A DNA stretch of 64,000 bases from an uncultured Phycisphaerales bacterium. Its GTDB lineage: Bacteria; Planctomycetota; Phycisphaerae; Tepidisphaerales; Tepidisphaeraceae. The notes below the pieces were generated by a model, which was not told the origin of the DNA, ran no database searches, and saw only the letters and a list, made by a program, of their open reading frames with translations. A program made the translations under genes and the position numbers. The stretch spans positions 864,001 to 928,000 of the forward strand of contig CAVWLP010000002.1 in the NCBI GenBank assembly GCA_963755915.1, read 5' to 3'. This document shows, piece by piece, positions 42,694 to 53,447 of this stretch (position 1 is the first letter of the stretch; every line of letters begins with the position of its first letter).

Positions 42694-44349
42694 TTACGGG
42701 GAGTGAGGCAAAACCTCATCCGTGTCGGAATTTGCCGGTTGGGAAGGGGCGGAAAGGTCCGGCCGGGTCCAGAGATGGCTCAGCGTTTCGTTGTCCGTCG
42801 GAACCACCTCAATCGTGGAGGTTTGGCCGTTGTTTCCGGTGGGGAATGTGCTGGTGCTGCCGAGGAATTTGCCGTCGAGGGTGACGTACCACGTCGTTAG
42901 CGTGCCATCGAGGGTGATTCTGTCGGAGATGGGCACGGCGTCGAAATCCTGGCCGCGGAAGGTGACGTGCTGCACAGGCAGGACCTGGAGATAGCGCGGC
43001 ATAATGTTCCCCACGCCCGCGGTGGAGGTGGCTTCGGGGGGAGTGGGAACGAAAGTGGCAACCATGTACGACTTGGGCTTGGACGGAAGGATTTCGGGGA
43101 GGATGAAGTTGAAAGCCTGCGGGATGTAGAAGACGGGGGTTTCCTCATGCAGGGGACTGAGCTGGGTGTTGCGGTGGGTGGAGTTCACCTCGAGCGTACG
43201 GCTGGTTTCGACGTCGACGTTTCCCTGGCCGAGGGGGCCGCCGTAGTTCAGGTTTTCCGGCTGGTTGGGAAGGATGGCGCCGTCGGGGTTTTGAACGGGG
43301 TGCAGGGCGAAGGCCTTGGTGGCCTCGTCGCTGACGCCGACCTGCGAAAAGCTGTCGACGATCTGCCCGTGGTTGTCGGTGCAGCTGGCAGCGGTTTTCC
43401 AGTGTTCGTGCTTTCGGTCGGCGGTGCTGAACATCCAGGTTTCGGTGTCCCACTGGAGAACGGGAGAGGCGGCCATGTGGGAGCGGACGCCGATCTTGAC
43501 GATCGAGCTTTCAGGAGAGCGGGAATCGGGTTCGTACTGCTCGATGACGTGCTGGTAGCCGATGTCCTGGCCGTCCTTGATGATCCGCAGGTATTGGTCC
43601 GGGACGAGGGCGACGCGGATGGGTCCGTAGTCGTCGCCGCCCCACAGGGCGAAGAGCGCGCGGGTGGCCCAGAGGGCCTGGCGCTCGAAATCGACGATTT
43701 CGGTGCGGTCGAGGAGGACGACGGAATCGACGAGCTGGCTGAAGGTGTCGAAGGCGAGCTTTTCGGCGGGGTTGACCACATCGTCAGATTCGTATTGCGG
43801 TTTGCCGGGGCCGGTGAGATCGAAGAAGTAGTAGAGCTGGTGATTGGCATTAGGGGCTTCGAAGATGGCCTGCTGGGTATAGCGGCGGTCGTGGGTGGCG
43901 GCGACGTAGCGCACGGCGATCAAGCCCACACGAACCGGGCCAACATTGATGACTTCATTGCGGAGGACCTGTGCATCGGGCGACTGGCGTTTGATGTTGG
44001 CGATGGTGATTTCCATCACGCCGTCCTGGTCGTCGCCGAACTGGTCTTTGTGGATGGTGAGGGGAAGGGATTGCTGGAGGTTCACGCTCCAGCATTTGAG
44101 CTGCCAGTTATAGTCGTCGCGATCGAATTCGACGATCGAATCGGGCGCGGAGTTGGCGACTTTTACCGAGCCGGCGGGCGGGCGGAATTGGATGGAGTGG
44201 TCGCGGTTGCGGTAGGCGGGGGCAAGGAGATCCGTGGGGGCGGTGGTTTGGGAGAAGACATGTGACGGTGTGAAAAGTATGAAAGGTGCGAAAAGTGTGA
44301 AAAAAATAGTCGCGAGTTTTGGAGCACGGGGGGTACGGCTATTTGGCAT
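42694..44349 (-). CDS. Secreted hypothetical protein
   Basis: Signal peptide-like N-terminus; long coding-like ORF. Confidence 0.7.
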   Translation of the reverse strand: MPNSRTPRAPKLATIFFTLFAPFILFTPSHVFSQTTAPTDLLAPAYRNRDHSIQFRPPAGSVKVANSAPDSIVEFDRDDYNWQLKCWSVNLQQSLPLTIHKDQFGDDQDGVMEITIANIKRQSPDAQVLRNEVINVGPVRVGLIAVRYVAATHDRRYTQQAIFEAPNANHQLYYFFDLTGPGKPQYESDDVVNPAEKLAFDTFSQLVDSVVLLDRTEIVDFERQALWATRALFALWGGDDYGPIRVALVPDQYLRIIKDGQDIGYQHVIEQYEPDSRSPESSIVKIGVRSHMAASPVLQWDTETWMFSTADRKHEHWKTAASCTDNHGQIVDSFSQVGVSDEATKAFALHPVQNPDGAILPNQPENLNYGGPLGQGNVDVETSRTLEVNSTHRNTQLSPLHEETPVFYIPQAFNFILPEILPSKPKSYMVATFVPTPPEATSTAGVGNIMPRYLQVLPVQHVTFRGQDFDAVPISDRITLDGTLTTWYVTLDGKFLGSTSTFPTGNNGQTSTIEVVPTDNETLSHLWTRPDLSAPSQPANSDTDEVLPHSP

Positions 44350-44364
44350 TCTGTTTATGGTCGG

Positions 44365-46155
44365 CTAGTGGGGCTGGATGGTCAAGCGGGAATCGCCGGC
44401 GAAGGCGGCGTCGATTTCGGATTCGGTGGAGGGATGAAGGTGCAGGTCGCCGGCGAAGTCGGCGTGGTCGAGGGACCGGTCGGGGTGGAAATACCAATGG
44501 CTGAGCTGGGCGGAGCCGTTGACCTGGGCTTCAACGATTTGGAGGTTCGGCGGTGAAGGAACGCGATTGGCCAGGAGCAGGACGGGGGTTGGGAACAACT
44601 CGGCTTCGACGCCGGGAAAGCGGTCGGTCCAGAAGGCGGTGGGATTCGGGCTGATGGAAGAGAGAAGCCAGGGAAAATTCTGGCTGAGGACGAAGGCGGG
44701 CGGGTTGAAGCGGATATTGCCCGTGGTTTCGCGATTGCTTCGGTCGCGGACGGCGGTGGTGATCCAATCGGAGACGGTGGTTTGCTGCTCGAAGAAGGGA
44801 AGGAGGGGATCGTCAAGATTGGTCTCGGCGTCGGAGCGTTTCATGCTGGCCCACGGGCCGGCGGCGGAGTTATAGCCCCATTGCTGCAGGATGGCGGTGG
44901 CGGCGCCATCCCAATTGCGGCGGACCGTGTATCGAAAGACATATTGCGAATCGCGGTTGGAGAATTGGTGCGTGAAACCGATGGGCGTCACGCCGCGCGT
45001 CCAGGTCCACCATGATTCGGCAGGCATGTGGGGCGCCGTGGATTGGATGAGAGAAGCGCCGGCCTTGAGCGCGTCGACGAGCGAGGGGGTTTTGCCGACG
45101 TGGATGTTGCCGGAAATTTCGTCCCAGAGGCGGTCGAGATCGGTGGAATCGGCCGGTGGCTCGGCAGAGAGGATGACGACCAGGCCATAGCTGCCCGGCC
45201 CGGTGACCAGATGGGCCACCCGGCGCGGAGTGATGACGGCGTCGGGCGAGTCCTGCGGCGTGAGCGTCCAATGATCCGGGTTTTGCGGCGCAACCTGGCA
45301 ATTGATCCAGGCATCGGCGATCTCAGGGTTGCGGAAATCGAGCCCTTCGCGGGCTTCAAGCCCGGCGAACAGATAGGGCGTGGGCTGATGTTCGGGGACG
45401 GCAACGGGAATGAACTCGGCGCTGACCCAGCCGCCGTCGTCGGTGATGGCGGCGGCGTAGCGCTCGTCGCGAAGCGGATCGAGCTGCGGATAGAGCTGGA
45501 GATCGGAGGGGACGGAGACAGAGACATTGGTTGAGAGCTGGAGGTTGCCGCCGGCGGTCGGGCGCGTGGTGGAGATCTGGATGCGGTCGAGGACCTGCTT
45601 GTAGAGGTTTTCATCGGAAGGATCGAGGGGAGTGTCCTTGCCTTTGTCGAGGCGGATCATGAGGGCCTGGTTATCCGGGAGGATGAGGGCGGAGGTGGAG
45701 GAAAATTTCACTTCGCCGGTCGATTGGAGAGAAACGCTTTGTGTGGCCCAGTGGATATTCTGCGCGGGCCAGCCGTCGATGGAGATGGATTTGAAGTCGC
45801 CGGGGGAAAGATCTCCGGAGATGGGCAGGGCGCGAAGGATGTACTGCGCCGGGGGCATGAGGCGGGGGACGCGTTGAAGGGAAATGGTGAGGGTGCGATC
45901 GATGCCGTTGACGGTTTGCGTGGCGATGTGGGAGACGCCATCCCCCTCGCCCTGGCGTGAGAATGTTTTCCAGCCGTCCGGGAGGGAGAAGGTGATGGGG
46001 CCTTCCGTGATGGGGGCAGAGAAGTTGATGATCTGCCCGAGGCGGAGATGGCGATCGAGCAGCGCGGCGAGGGCGACGGTTCCGCCGAGGATCAGCCACA
46101 TGACCACCTGCATAAGCAGGTGTCGCCAGCGGGGGAAGTAGGGGTCGCGGGGCAT
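44365..46155 (-). CDS. Membrane-anchored hypothetical protein
   Basis: N-terminal TM; FSLPDGW and SVPSDL domain starts (PsbP/DcrB-like, tentative). Confidence 0.7.
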   Translation of the reverse strand: MPRDPYFPRWRHLLMQVVMWLILGGTVALAALLDRHLRLGQIINFSAPITEGPITFSLPDGWKTFSRQGEGDGVSHIATQTVNGIDRTLTISLQRVPRLMPPAQYILRALPISGDLSPGDFKSISIDGWPAQNIHWATQSVSLQSTGEVKFSSTSALILPDNQALMIRLDKGKDTPLDPSDENLYKQVLDRIQISTTRPTAGGNLQLSTNVSVSVPSDLQLYPQLDPLRDERYAAAITDDGGWVSAEFIPVAVPEHQPTPYLFAGLEAREGLDFRNPEIADAWINCQVAPQNPDHWTLTPQDSPDAVITPRRVAHLVTGPGSYGLVVILSAEPPADSTDLDRLWDEISGNIHVGKTPSLVDALKAGASLIQSTAPHMPAESWWTWTRGVTPIGFTHQFSNRDSQYVFRYTVRRNWDGAATAILQQWGYNSAAGPWASMKRSDAETNLDDPLLPFFEQQTTVSDWITTAVRDRSNRETTGNIRFNPPAFVLSQNFPWLLSSISPNPTAFWTDRFPGVEAELFPTPVLLLANRVPSPPNLQIVEAQVNGSAQLSHWYFHPDRSLDHADFAGDLHLHPSTESEIDAAFAGDSRLTIQPH

Positions 46156-46296
46156 CGAGGGGAATTGTAGATGCGGAATGCGGAATGCCAAATGCCGAAC
46201 CGCAGCCGGACTTCGGTGAGCTCAGTCGAACCGAGGCGAGGAGCGGTACTCCGCATAGGCCGGAGGCCGTCGGGCGGGACGCCCGCTTCTACACAC

Positions 46297-46329
46297 AAAA
46301 AGGCCCCGGTAATCCTTACCGGGGCCTTT
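46297..46329 (-). terminator. Intrinsic terminator of tadG-like gene 1
   Basis: aaaaaggccccggtaa-tcc-ttaccggggccttt. Confidence 0.75.
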
Positions 46330-46350
46330 GGGGGAGATTACAAAGTTCTG

Positions 46351-47655
46351 TTAGTGCACCAGTTCGATCTGGTACTGGGTGATGGTGGCCTGGTATCCGC
46401 CCTGGTTGTTGCTCCACTCGTGGCCGTCCATGGTGCCGAGGAAGAGGGTGGTGGCGTTGGCGGGGACGATGATGGTCTGGGCGACGCCTTGGGAGTTCTG
46501 GCCGCTGCCGACGTAGAAGGTCTGGCGGAGCTCGGGGTCGAAGGTGGTGTAGTCGCGGGAGTTGGAGGTGCTGAAGTCCACGCCCTTCGGGACGGTTCCC
46601 TGGTCGTCGGGAACGGCGCCGTTGTTGGTGTCGAGGAAGACGCCGACGACGGAATTGATGGGGGTTGCGATGTTGGAGATGCCGTGCTCAGAGCCGCTGG
46701 TGGTGACGGTGCCCTGGGCGAGGTTGGGGTTGGCAGCGTCGTCGCTGTAGATGGCGTAGGTACCGTTGTCGGAACCGTCGGCATTGTAGGTGATGGAACC
46801 ACCGGTGAGGTATCCGGAATTGGTGGCCATGTCGCTGGAATCCTGGGGGATGCTCACCTGGATGACGGAGCCCGGGGTAACGGTGAGGTTGAAGGCGGCG
46901 GGAGATTCATCCGGTTCGCCCGCGCTGTAGTCGGTGGATTCGATCTTGGTGGAATTCGTGGGGGCGACATAGTTGCCGTCCGTGCCGGCTTCGTCGTCGG
47001 CGGTGGCGACGGCGGCGGGATTGGCAATGTCATATTTCCAGGGGTGCGTGTCGTTGGCCGAGGGCTTGTCGTATCCGGTGTCGGGCACTGAGCCGAGCGT
47101 CCCTTTGGGCTCGCCCGCCAGCCAGGGGTTGCCGTGGGCGGAGACGTAGATGTGCTGGGGGGCCTGGACGGAGACCAGAGCCGCGACGGAAGTGGCATTA
47201 ACGTCGCAGGAGTTGGCGCCGATGAGAGCGCCGAACATGAGAGGGATGGGATTTCCATTGGCCTTGGTGCGACGCCCGATGACCTGCACCGCGAGAAACG
47301 TGTTCACGTAGTCGGGCGAACCGTTTTGGCTGAACGTCTGAGTTTGTTTGTTCCAGATGCCAAGGGAGACGTCCAGGGGATTGATGGTGAGATAGGTGGT
47401 GTCGACCTTGTTTTTTCCGCCCATGGCGACGGCCGCGTTCTGGACGGCGCTGAGGCCCTGCGGAGCATAAGCCGCGGCGGCGCGAGCGGCGGCGTCGCAA
47501 GCGCGGCGAATTTCGGTCTTGGCGGTCTGCACGCGACCCAGATCGACGGCCAGCGAGCAGAAGGCCAGCATGACCGTCAGGGCGGCACAGATGTAAATCA
47601 GTACGACACCGCGGCGTCGGCAGTAGGAGCGGCCGGTTGTGAGTGGGCTTCTCAT
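46351..47655 (-). CDS. TadG/Tad-like pilus-associated protein, copy 1
   Basis: RRRGVVLIY..TM..SLAVDLGR...DAAARAA; IPLMFGALIG; C-terminal LFLGTMDGHEWSNNQG. Confidence 0.8.
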   Translation of the reverse strand: MRSPLTTGRSYCRRRGVVLIYICAALTVMLAFCSLAVDLGRVQTAKTEIRRACDAAARAAAAYAPQGLSAVQNAAVAMGGKNKVDTTYLTINPLDVSLGIWNKQTQTFSQNGSPDYVNTFLAVQVIGRRTKANGNPIPLMFGALIGANSCDVNATSVAALVSVQAPQHIYVSAHGNPWLAGEPKGTLGSVPDTGYDKPSANDTHPWKYDIANPAAVATADDEAGTDGNYVAPTNSTKIESTDYSAGEPDESPAAFNLTVTPGSVIQVSIPQDSSDMATNSGYLTGGSITYNADGSDNGTYAIYSDDAANPNLAQGTVTTSGSEHGISNIATPINSVVGVFLDTNNGAVPDDQGTVPKGVDFSTSNSRDYTTFDPELRQTFYVGSGQNSQGVAQTIIVPANATTLFLGTMDGHEWSNNQGGYQATITQYQIELVH

Positions 47656-47835
47656 GTGCGGAGTATGCCACGCGTTTGGAAATGAGCGCGGGAAAGTCAA
47701 TCATTTTCCGGGGCATCCGGAAGCGGCGCGAGTCCGGGCGTGAGGGCGGTGAGGTTTAGAGCGGGAGGATCGGGAGCAGGGAGGGGGTTATGGGGCGTGA
47801 GCAACGCTGCTTGTTGGAAGCGCGCAACGAAAATG

Positions 47836-47871
47836 AAAACGCCCCGGATTTTCAGCCTCCGGGGCGTTTTT
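47836..47871 (-). terminator. Intrinsic (possibly bidirectional) terminator of tadG-like gene 2
   Basis: aaaacgccccgga...tccggggcgtttt. Confidence 0.75.
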
Positions 47872-47893
47872 GGGCACAGATATTCAGCGGAAA

Positions 47894-49202
47894 TCAGTGA
47901 ACGATTTCGACATTGAAACTCGTGATGGTGGCGTTGAAGCCGCCCTGGTTGTTGCTCCATTCGTGGCCGTCCATGGTGCCGAGGAACAGCTCGTAGGCGT
48001 TGTTGGGCACCACGATGGTCTGCTGCACGCCCGAGGAGGTTTGGCCCGTGCCGACGTAGAAACTCTGGTTGAGCTGGGGTTCGAGTGTGGTGTAGTCGCG
48101 TTCGGTTTGGGTGCTAAAGTTCAGGCCGGTGGGGACGGTTTCACCGGAAGTGTTGTCGGCGCCGGCGGAAGACGAGGCCTGGTCAAGGAAGACGCCGTTG
48201 AGGGAGTTCAAGGGTGTCTCGATATTGGAGATACCGTGCTCGGAGCCGCTGGTGGTGTCGGTGCCCTGGGCGTCGGTGGGGTTGGCGGCGTCGTCGCTAA
48301 AGATGGCGGTGGAGCCGTCGTCGTTGCCGTTGGCCTCGGTGTCGATTCCGCTGCCGGTGTTGTCGAGCAGACCCATGTTGGAGGCGGTGCTGCCGGTACC
48401 GGACGTGGGGACGGAGATCTGGATGACCGAGCCGGGCGAGACGGCATAGGCGACCGGGGAGCCGTAAGGTTCACCAGTGGAATAGTCGGTGGATTCGACT
48501 TTTTTGGAGTCGGTGGGGGGAGTGTAGCTGCCGCTCGAGCCTGCGGAAGCGACGGCGCTGGCGACGGCGGCGGGATTGGCGATGTCGTATTTCCAGGGGT
48601 GGTCGTTGTTGGAGGGCTGGTAGGAGTCATCGGGCTCGCTGCCGAGGGTTCCTTTGGGCTCTCCCGCGAGCCAGAGGTCTCCGTGCGCGGAGACGTAATC
48701 CGTAAGCGGCGCACTCGTGGAAATCAGCGCGGCGACGGAAGTCGCGTCGACGTTGCACGTGTTGGCGCCCAGGATCTGCCCGAAGAGCAGGGGAATCGGA
48801 TTCCCGTTGGCGGCGGTGCGCAGACAGGTGATCTGCACGGCGTTGTAGGTGTTGGTGTTGTTGGCGGTGCCGCTGGTGCTGAACGTGTTGGTGCTGGTGT
48901 TCCAGATTCCGACCTGCACGTTGGAGGCAGTGATCGTGACGGCGGAGCCGTCGCACTTATTCTGTGCAGCGATGGCAATGGCGGCGTTCTGCACCGCCGT
49001 GGTCCCCAGCGGAATGTTCGCGGCCCCCGCGCGCAGCGGCGTCGGCGGCGCGGCGCAGCTCGGTCTTGGCCGTCTGCACGCGGCCAAGGTCGACCGCGAA
49101 AGAGCAGAAACCCAGCATCGCGACCAGCGCGACGATGATGTAAATAAACGCCATACCGCTACGGCGTGAACGAACCCGTGCCTTATTCATAGAGAACCTC
49201 AT
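47894..49202 (-). CDS. TadG/Tad-like pilus-associated protein, copy 2 (frameshift near 49025)
   Basis: RRSGMAFIY..FAVDLGRVQTAKTELRRAADAAAR joins ORF 47894-49087; paralog of copy 1. Confidence 0.8.
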
Positions 49203-49372
49203 GGCGTTGATATCGAATTGAATCGGCCGGGATGAGACCAGGGTTCATTCATTTTTCAGCCGGAAAATCGACCGACGGTGTGGAGCTGGTGGAACCCTGG
49301 GGATTGTGAGGGCTGGGCTGAGACGTTATCGGGCGTGCGGATATTTGTTCTTTGCGGAACCCGCCGAGCGGG

Positions 49373-51250
49373 TTATTGGGCCAGCGTGACAAACTGGCGA
49401 TAGAGGTGGGCATATTTGCCGTCAAGCGTCAGGAGGTCGCGGTGATTGCCGCGCTCGACGATCCGGCCACCGTCGATCACCAGAATCTGGTCGGCCCGAA
49501 GAATCGTGCTCAGGCGGTGGGCGACGATGAAGGTGGTCCGATTTTCCAGCAGTTTTTCCAGCGAGTGCTGGAGCTGCTGCTCGGTGGCGGTGTCGACGGC
49601 GCTGGTGGCTTCGTCGAGCATGAAGATGCGCGGGTCGGCCAGGAAAGCCCGAGTGAAGCAGATGAGCTGCCGCTGCCCGAGCGACATGCTTGCCCCCCGC
49701 TCGCCGACGTGTGTCTCGAACCCGCTGGTGAGCGACACGATCGCGTCGTAAGAGCCGATCGCTTTCGCCGCGTCGATGATCTGCTGCTCGGTGGCTTCGG
49801 GCTTCGCGTAGCGGACGTTTTCCATGACCGTGCCGGTGAACAGATAATTGGACTGGAGCACGAGGCCCATCTGCTTGTGCAGCGAATCGCCGGTGATGAG
49901 GCGGATGTCGTGCCCGTCGACGAGAACTTTTCCCGACTGCGGCTGATAGAAGCGGGCGATAAGCGAGATGATGCTGCTCTTCCCCCCGCCGGTGGGGCCT
50001 ACGAGAGCGACCATCTGGCCCGGACGCGCTTCAAAAGTGATGTCGTGAAGAACCGGGCGATCGGGGTTGTAACCGAAATTCACGTGGTCGAACGACACGT
50101 TCCCCTGCACCCGCGGCAGCGGATGGGAATCGGGAACGTCGCAAACCTCCGGCTTAAGATCAAGCAGTCCGAACACGCGCTCGGCCCCTGCCATGGCCAT
50201 CATGAGCTGGTTGTAAAACGCCCCCAGCGTAACGACCGGCCCCATGAACCAGTCCCAATACTGGTAGAAGGCGACCACCAGCCCCACGGTTTTTTCCCCC
50301 ATCGCGACCATGTATCCGCCGTAAAGAAGGATCGTCACGCGACCGGCAAAGCGGATGACCTCCAGCAGCGGCTGGTAGATGCCGTTCACGCGGGCGACGG
50401 CCATGTTGTTGGCGGTGTTGATGTCCTGAAGCTGGTTGAAGACGGAAAGGTTGGGGTCCTGGCGATTGAAGGCCGTGACCACGCGCATGCCCGTGATATT
50501 TTCGGCGAGATTGGTACTGACCCGCGTGAAACCCTCGCGGGAGATTTGATAGAGCAGCGCCGATTTGCTGTGGTAGACGCGCGAAAGCAAGTAAAGAACC
50601 GGCCCTAGCCAGCAGATGGCGAAGAACAGGTGGGCGTCCTTATGAAGCATCTTGATCGCGGCGACGATCATGATCATGCCGTTGGCGACGATCTGCCAGA
50701 TTCCCCAGACGTTCACTTCGCGCAGGCTGTTCACATCCGTGGTGCACCGGCTGATGATCCGCCCGAGCTTAGTGCGGTCGTAAAAGCTCATCGAGAGCCG
50801 CTGAAGCTGGGCGAAAATCCGCCGCCGGAATTCGAACTGCACGCTCTCCCCCGCGCGGGTCATTAACAGGATGGTGAAGCGCTGGAGAATCACCGAGCCG
50901 ATGAAGACAGCCGTCCACGCGGCAATGATGTGGACGATGTGCCACGACGCGGCGTTCATGGTGACGCCCGGCAGCGCCTTCTGCGCGTAAAGCGCGCCGT
51001 AGTCGATGATCCGCTGCAGAAATTCCGGGCTCTGCATGTCGAGCAGAACCTGGCAAAGCCCCAGCGAAATGGCCACCAAATAGAGTTTTTTGAACGGGGC
51101 GAGAGAACCCATCAGCCGCCGCACCAGCGGCCACTGGATCGGCCGATAACGGTCCTCGTCTTCCGATTCCACCTGCGCAACCGGCACGGGCGGCTGGGTC
51201 AGTGGAGTTCGCCGCGGGTTCCGCGAGGATGTGGGGTTGAACAGCGACAT
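49373..51250 (-). CDS. ABC exporter, permease + ATP-binding subunit
   Basis: TM domain; GPTGGGKS, SLGQRQ (degenerate signature), MLDEATS, AHRLST. Confidence 0.92.
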   Translation of the reverse strand: MSLFNPTSSRNPRRTPLTQPPVPVAQVESEDEDRYRPIQWPLVRRLMGSLAPFKKLYLVAISLGLCQVLLDMQSPEFLQRIIDYGALYAQKALPGVTMNAASWHIVHIIAAWTAVFIGSVILQRFTILLMTRAGESVQFEFRRRIFAQLQRLSMSFYDRTKLGRIISRCTTDVNSLREVNVWGIWQIVANGMIMIVAAIKMLHKDAHLFFAICWLGPVLYLLSRVYHSKSALLYQISREGFTRVSTNLAENITGMRVVTAFNRQDPNLSVFNQLQDINTANNMAVARVNGIYQPLLEVIRFAGRVTILLYGGYMVAMGEKTVGLVVAFYQYWDWFMGPVVTLGAFYNQLMMAMAGAERVFGLLDLKPEVCDVPDSHPLPRVQGNVSFDHVNFGYNPDRPVLHDITFEARPGQMVALVGPTGGGKSSIISLIARFYQPQSGKVLVDGHDIRLITGDSLHKQMGLVLQSNYLFTGTVMENVRYAKPEATEQQIIDAAKAIGSYDAIVSLTSGFETHVGERGASMSLGQRQLICFTRAFLADPRIFMLDEATSAVDTATEQQLQHSLEKLLENRTTFIVAHRLSTILRADQILVIDGGRIVERGNHRDLLTLDGKYAHLYRQFVTLAQ

Positions 51251-51251
51251 C

Positions 51252-53252
51252 TCACCCCTCCTTTTCCGCGGCGGCAATGGCGTCGGCAATTTCCGAATCG
51301 GACTGCGCCCGCTTCATGTGCGACGGCGCATCGGCAAGGTCCTGGGCAATGTTCTCGTCGCCGCGAAGCTGCGCATCGGCGATTTCGCGGTAGTGCCCAT
51401 CCTCGGCCATAAGCTGGTCGTGCGTGCCCATCTGGGTGATCTTTCCGTGCTCGACGACCAAAACCAGATCCGCCTGCTTCACCGTGCTGATGCGATGGGC
51501 GATGACGAACGTCGTCCGGCCAAGCATCACGAAACGCATGGCGCGGTTGATGAGGTCTTCGGTTTCCGGATCGACCGACGCGGTGGCGTCGTCGAGGATC
51601 AGGACGCGGGGATTGGTGACGATCGCCCGGGCAATCGCCAGCCGCTGCCGCTGCCCGCCGGAAAGCGATGCGCCGCGCTCCCCCAGCATCGTCTGATACC
51701 CGCGCGGCATCGCTTCGACGAACTCATGCGCCTGCGACAGCCGTGCCGCGGCTTCAATGTCCCCCTCGCTGATGTGCGGCCTGCCGTAGGCGATGTTCCC
51801 AGAAACCGTGTCGCTGAAGAGATATGTTTCCTGAAACACCGTGGCCACCTGCGTCCGCAGGCTCGCGAGGGTGAGGTCGCGGATGTCGGCGCCGTCGATG
51901 AGAATTCGCCCGTGCTGCACGTCGTAGTAGCGGGCGATGAGGTTGACGATGGTCGATTTCCCCGCCCCCGTCGGCCCGACGATCGCCACCACCGACCCTC
52001 CGGGAATCGCGAAGCTGAGGTCGTGAAGCACCGGTTTTTGCGGGTCGTATCCGAAGGTGACATTCTGGAACGTAACGGTTCCCGGCCCGGGCGGCAGCTC
52101 GATGCACGTCGGGCTTTCAGGAACGGTGGGCTCGGCCATCAAAACTTCGTACAGCCGCCGCGAAGAGACCATCGCCAGTTGATATTGCTCGTTGATCGTA
52201 CCGACCTGTTGAAGCCGGCTAAGGATGGTCCCCATCGCCCCGCCGAGCATGAAAATATCTCCGGCGGCCATTTTGCCGTGGATCATCAGGATGCCGGCCA
52301 GCAGAAACAGCGACAGGTGCGACGCCATCGCGATCGAACGAATCACCGGCTGAAAATCCGCGAACATCCGGATGCGATTGAGCACCCGCCCTTTAAACGT
52401 GTCGCAATTGGCCTGGTATTTATCGATCTCCAGGTTCTCGGTGGCGAACGCCTTCACCACGTGTACGCCCGCGATGTTTTCCGTGATGATGGAGACGTTC
52501 CGATCCTCCGCCTCCATCACGCTCTTGGCCACCGGCTGCACCTTCCGGCTGAACCGCAATATGTAATACGTCCAGATCGGCAGCGGCACCAGCGACAGCG
52601 CCGCCACCCACTTGTTCACCGTCCAGATCAGGATGATGTTGAAGGCCACCGCCAGAACAATGTCGAGGGTGACGAGAACCGCCGTCTGGATGAACGTCCG
52701 GACATTTTGCAGATCGGAGAGCGCCCGGTTGATGAGCTGGCCGGAGCTGTGAACGTCGTGAAAGCCGAAGCCCACGCGCTGAACTTTGTCGTACACCGCT
52801 TCGCGGATATAGAAAACCATGTTCATGCTCATCCGCGTGTTCGCCGTCTCCTTGAAATAGCGAACCACGAGCATGACGATGACCAGAACCGCCAGCCATT
52901 TGAGCCAGCGAATCAATTCCTGCGTGTGCGCATCCGGCTGAAGAAGCCACCGGCGCAGCGAGAGGGTTTCCGCCTTCTCAACCTTCTGGATTCCCTGGAT
53001 GGCATTGACCGCTTTTCTGGCGACGGCCAGGGTCAATGTTTCCGTCCCCATCGCCGCCGCCACCCACCAGCACGCCAAAATGAGCAGGACGACAACCGGA
53101 CGGACAAACCCGAACATCCACCCGAAGAGCATCCGATTGGTCGGGTTAAGGTGCGCGGAATGGGCGGAAAAATGCTGCTGGGGCAAAGCCCCGGCAGCAC
53201 CAGGAGTTAAATCCGTTTCACCTGTGGTGCGGGCGACCGCTTGATTGGACAC
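51252..53252 (-). CDS. ABC exporter, permease + ATP-binding subunit (heterodimer partner)
   Basis: GPTGAGKS, LSGGQRQR, ILDDAT (Asp in place of the catalytic Glu), AHRIST. Confidence 0.92.
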   Translation of the reverse strand: MSNQAVARTTGETDLTPGAAGALPQQHFSAHSAHLNPTNRMLFGWMFGFVRPVVVLLILACWWVAAAMGTETLTLAVARKAVNAIQGIQKVEKAETLSLRRWLLQPDAHTQELIRWLKWLAVLVIVMLVVRYFKETANTRMSMNMVFYIREAVYDKVQRVGFGFHDVHSSGQLINRALSDLQNVRTFIQTAVLVTLDIVLAVAFNIILIWTVNKWVAALSLVPLPIWTYYILRFSRKVQPVAKSVMEAEDRNVSIITENIAGVHVVKAFATENLEIDKYQANCDTFKGRVLNRIRMFADFQPVIRSIAMASHLSLFLLAGILMIHGKMAAGDIFMLGGAMGTILSRLQQVGTINEQYQLAMVSSRRLYEVLMAEPTVPESPTCIELPPGPGTVTFQNVTFGYDPQKPVLHDLSFAIPGGSVVAIVGPTGAGKSTIVNLIARYYDVQHGRILIDGADIRDLTLASLRTQVATVFQETYLFSDTVSGNIAYGRPHISEGDIEAAARLSQAHEFVEAMPRGYQTMLGERGASLSGGQRQRLAIARAIVTNPRVLILDDATASVDPETEDLINRAMRFVMLGRTTFVIAHRISTVKQADLVLVVEHGKITQMGTHDQLMAEDGHYREIADAQLRGDENIAQDLADAPSHMKRAQSDSEIADAIAAAEKEG

Positions 53253-53447
53253 TGTTTAACGCCGATTTTTGAACAAAGCCCTACGCTATCGAACTCAATG
53301 GATGCGTCAACCCCCTTCCGTTGGACAATTCATCGGCAAATCTTCAGAATAGCCCAGCTTAACAGTTGAGAAACCGGGCAGAATTCGACCAAAGCAGACA
53401 CGTACTAGGCTGAAGGATTTACTGGACGCAGGCCGATAAAAATCCCT

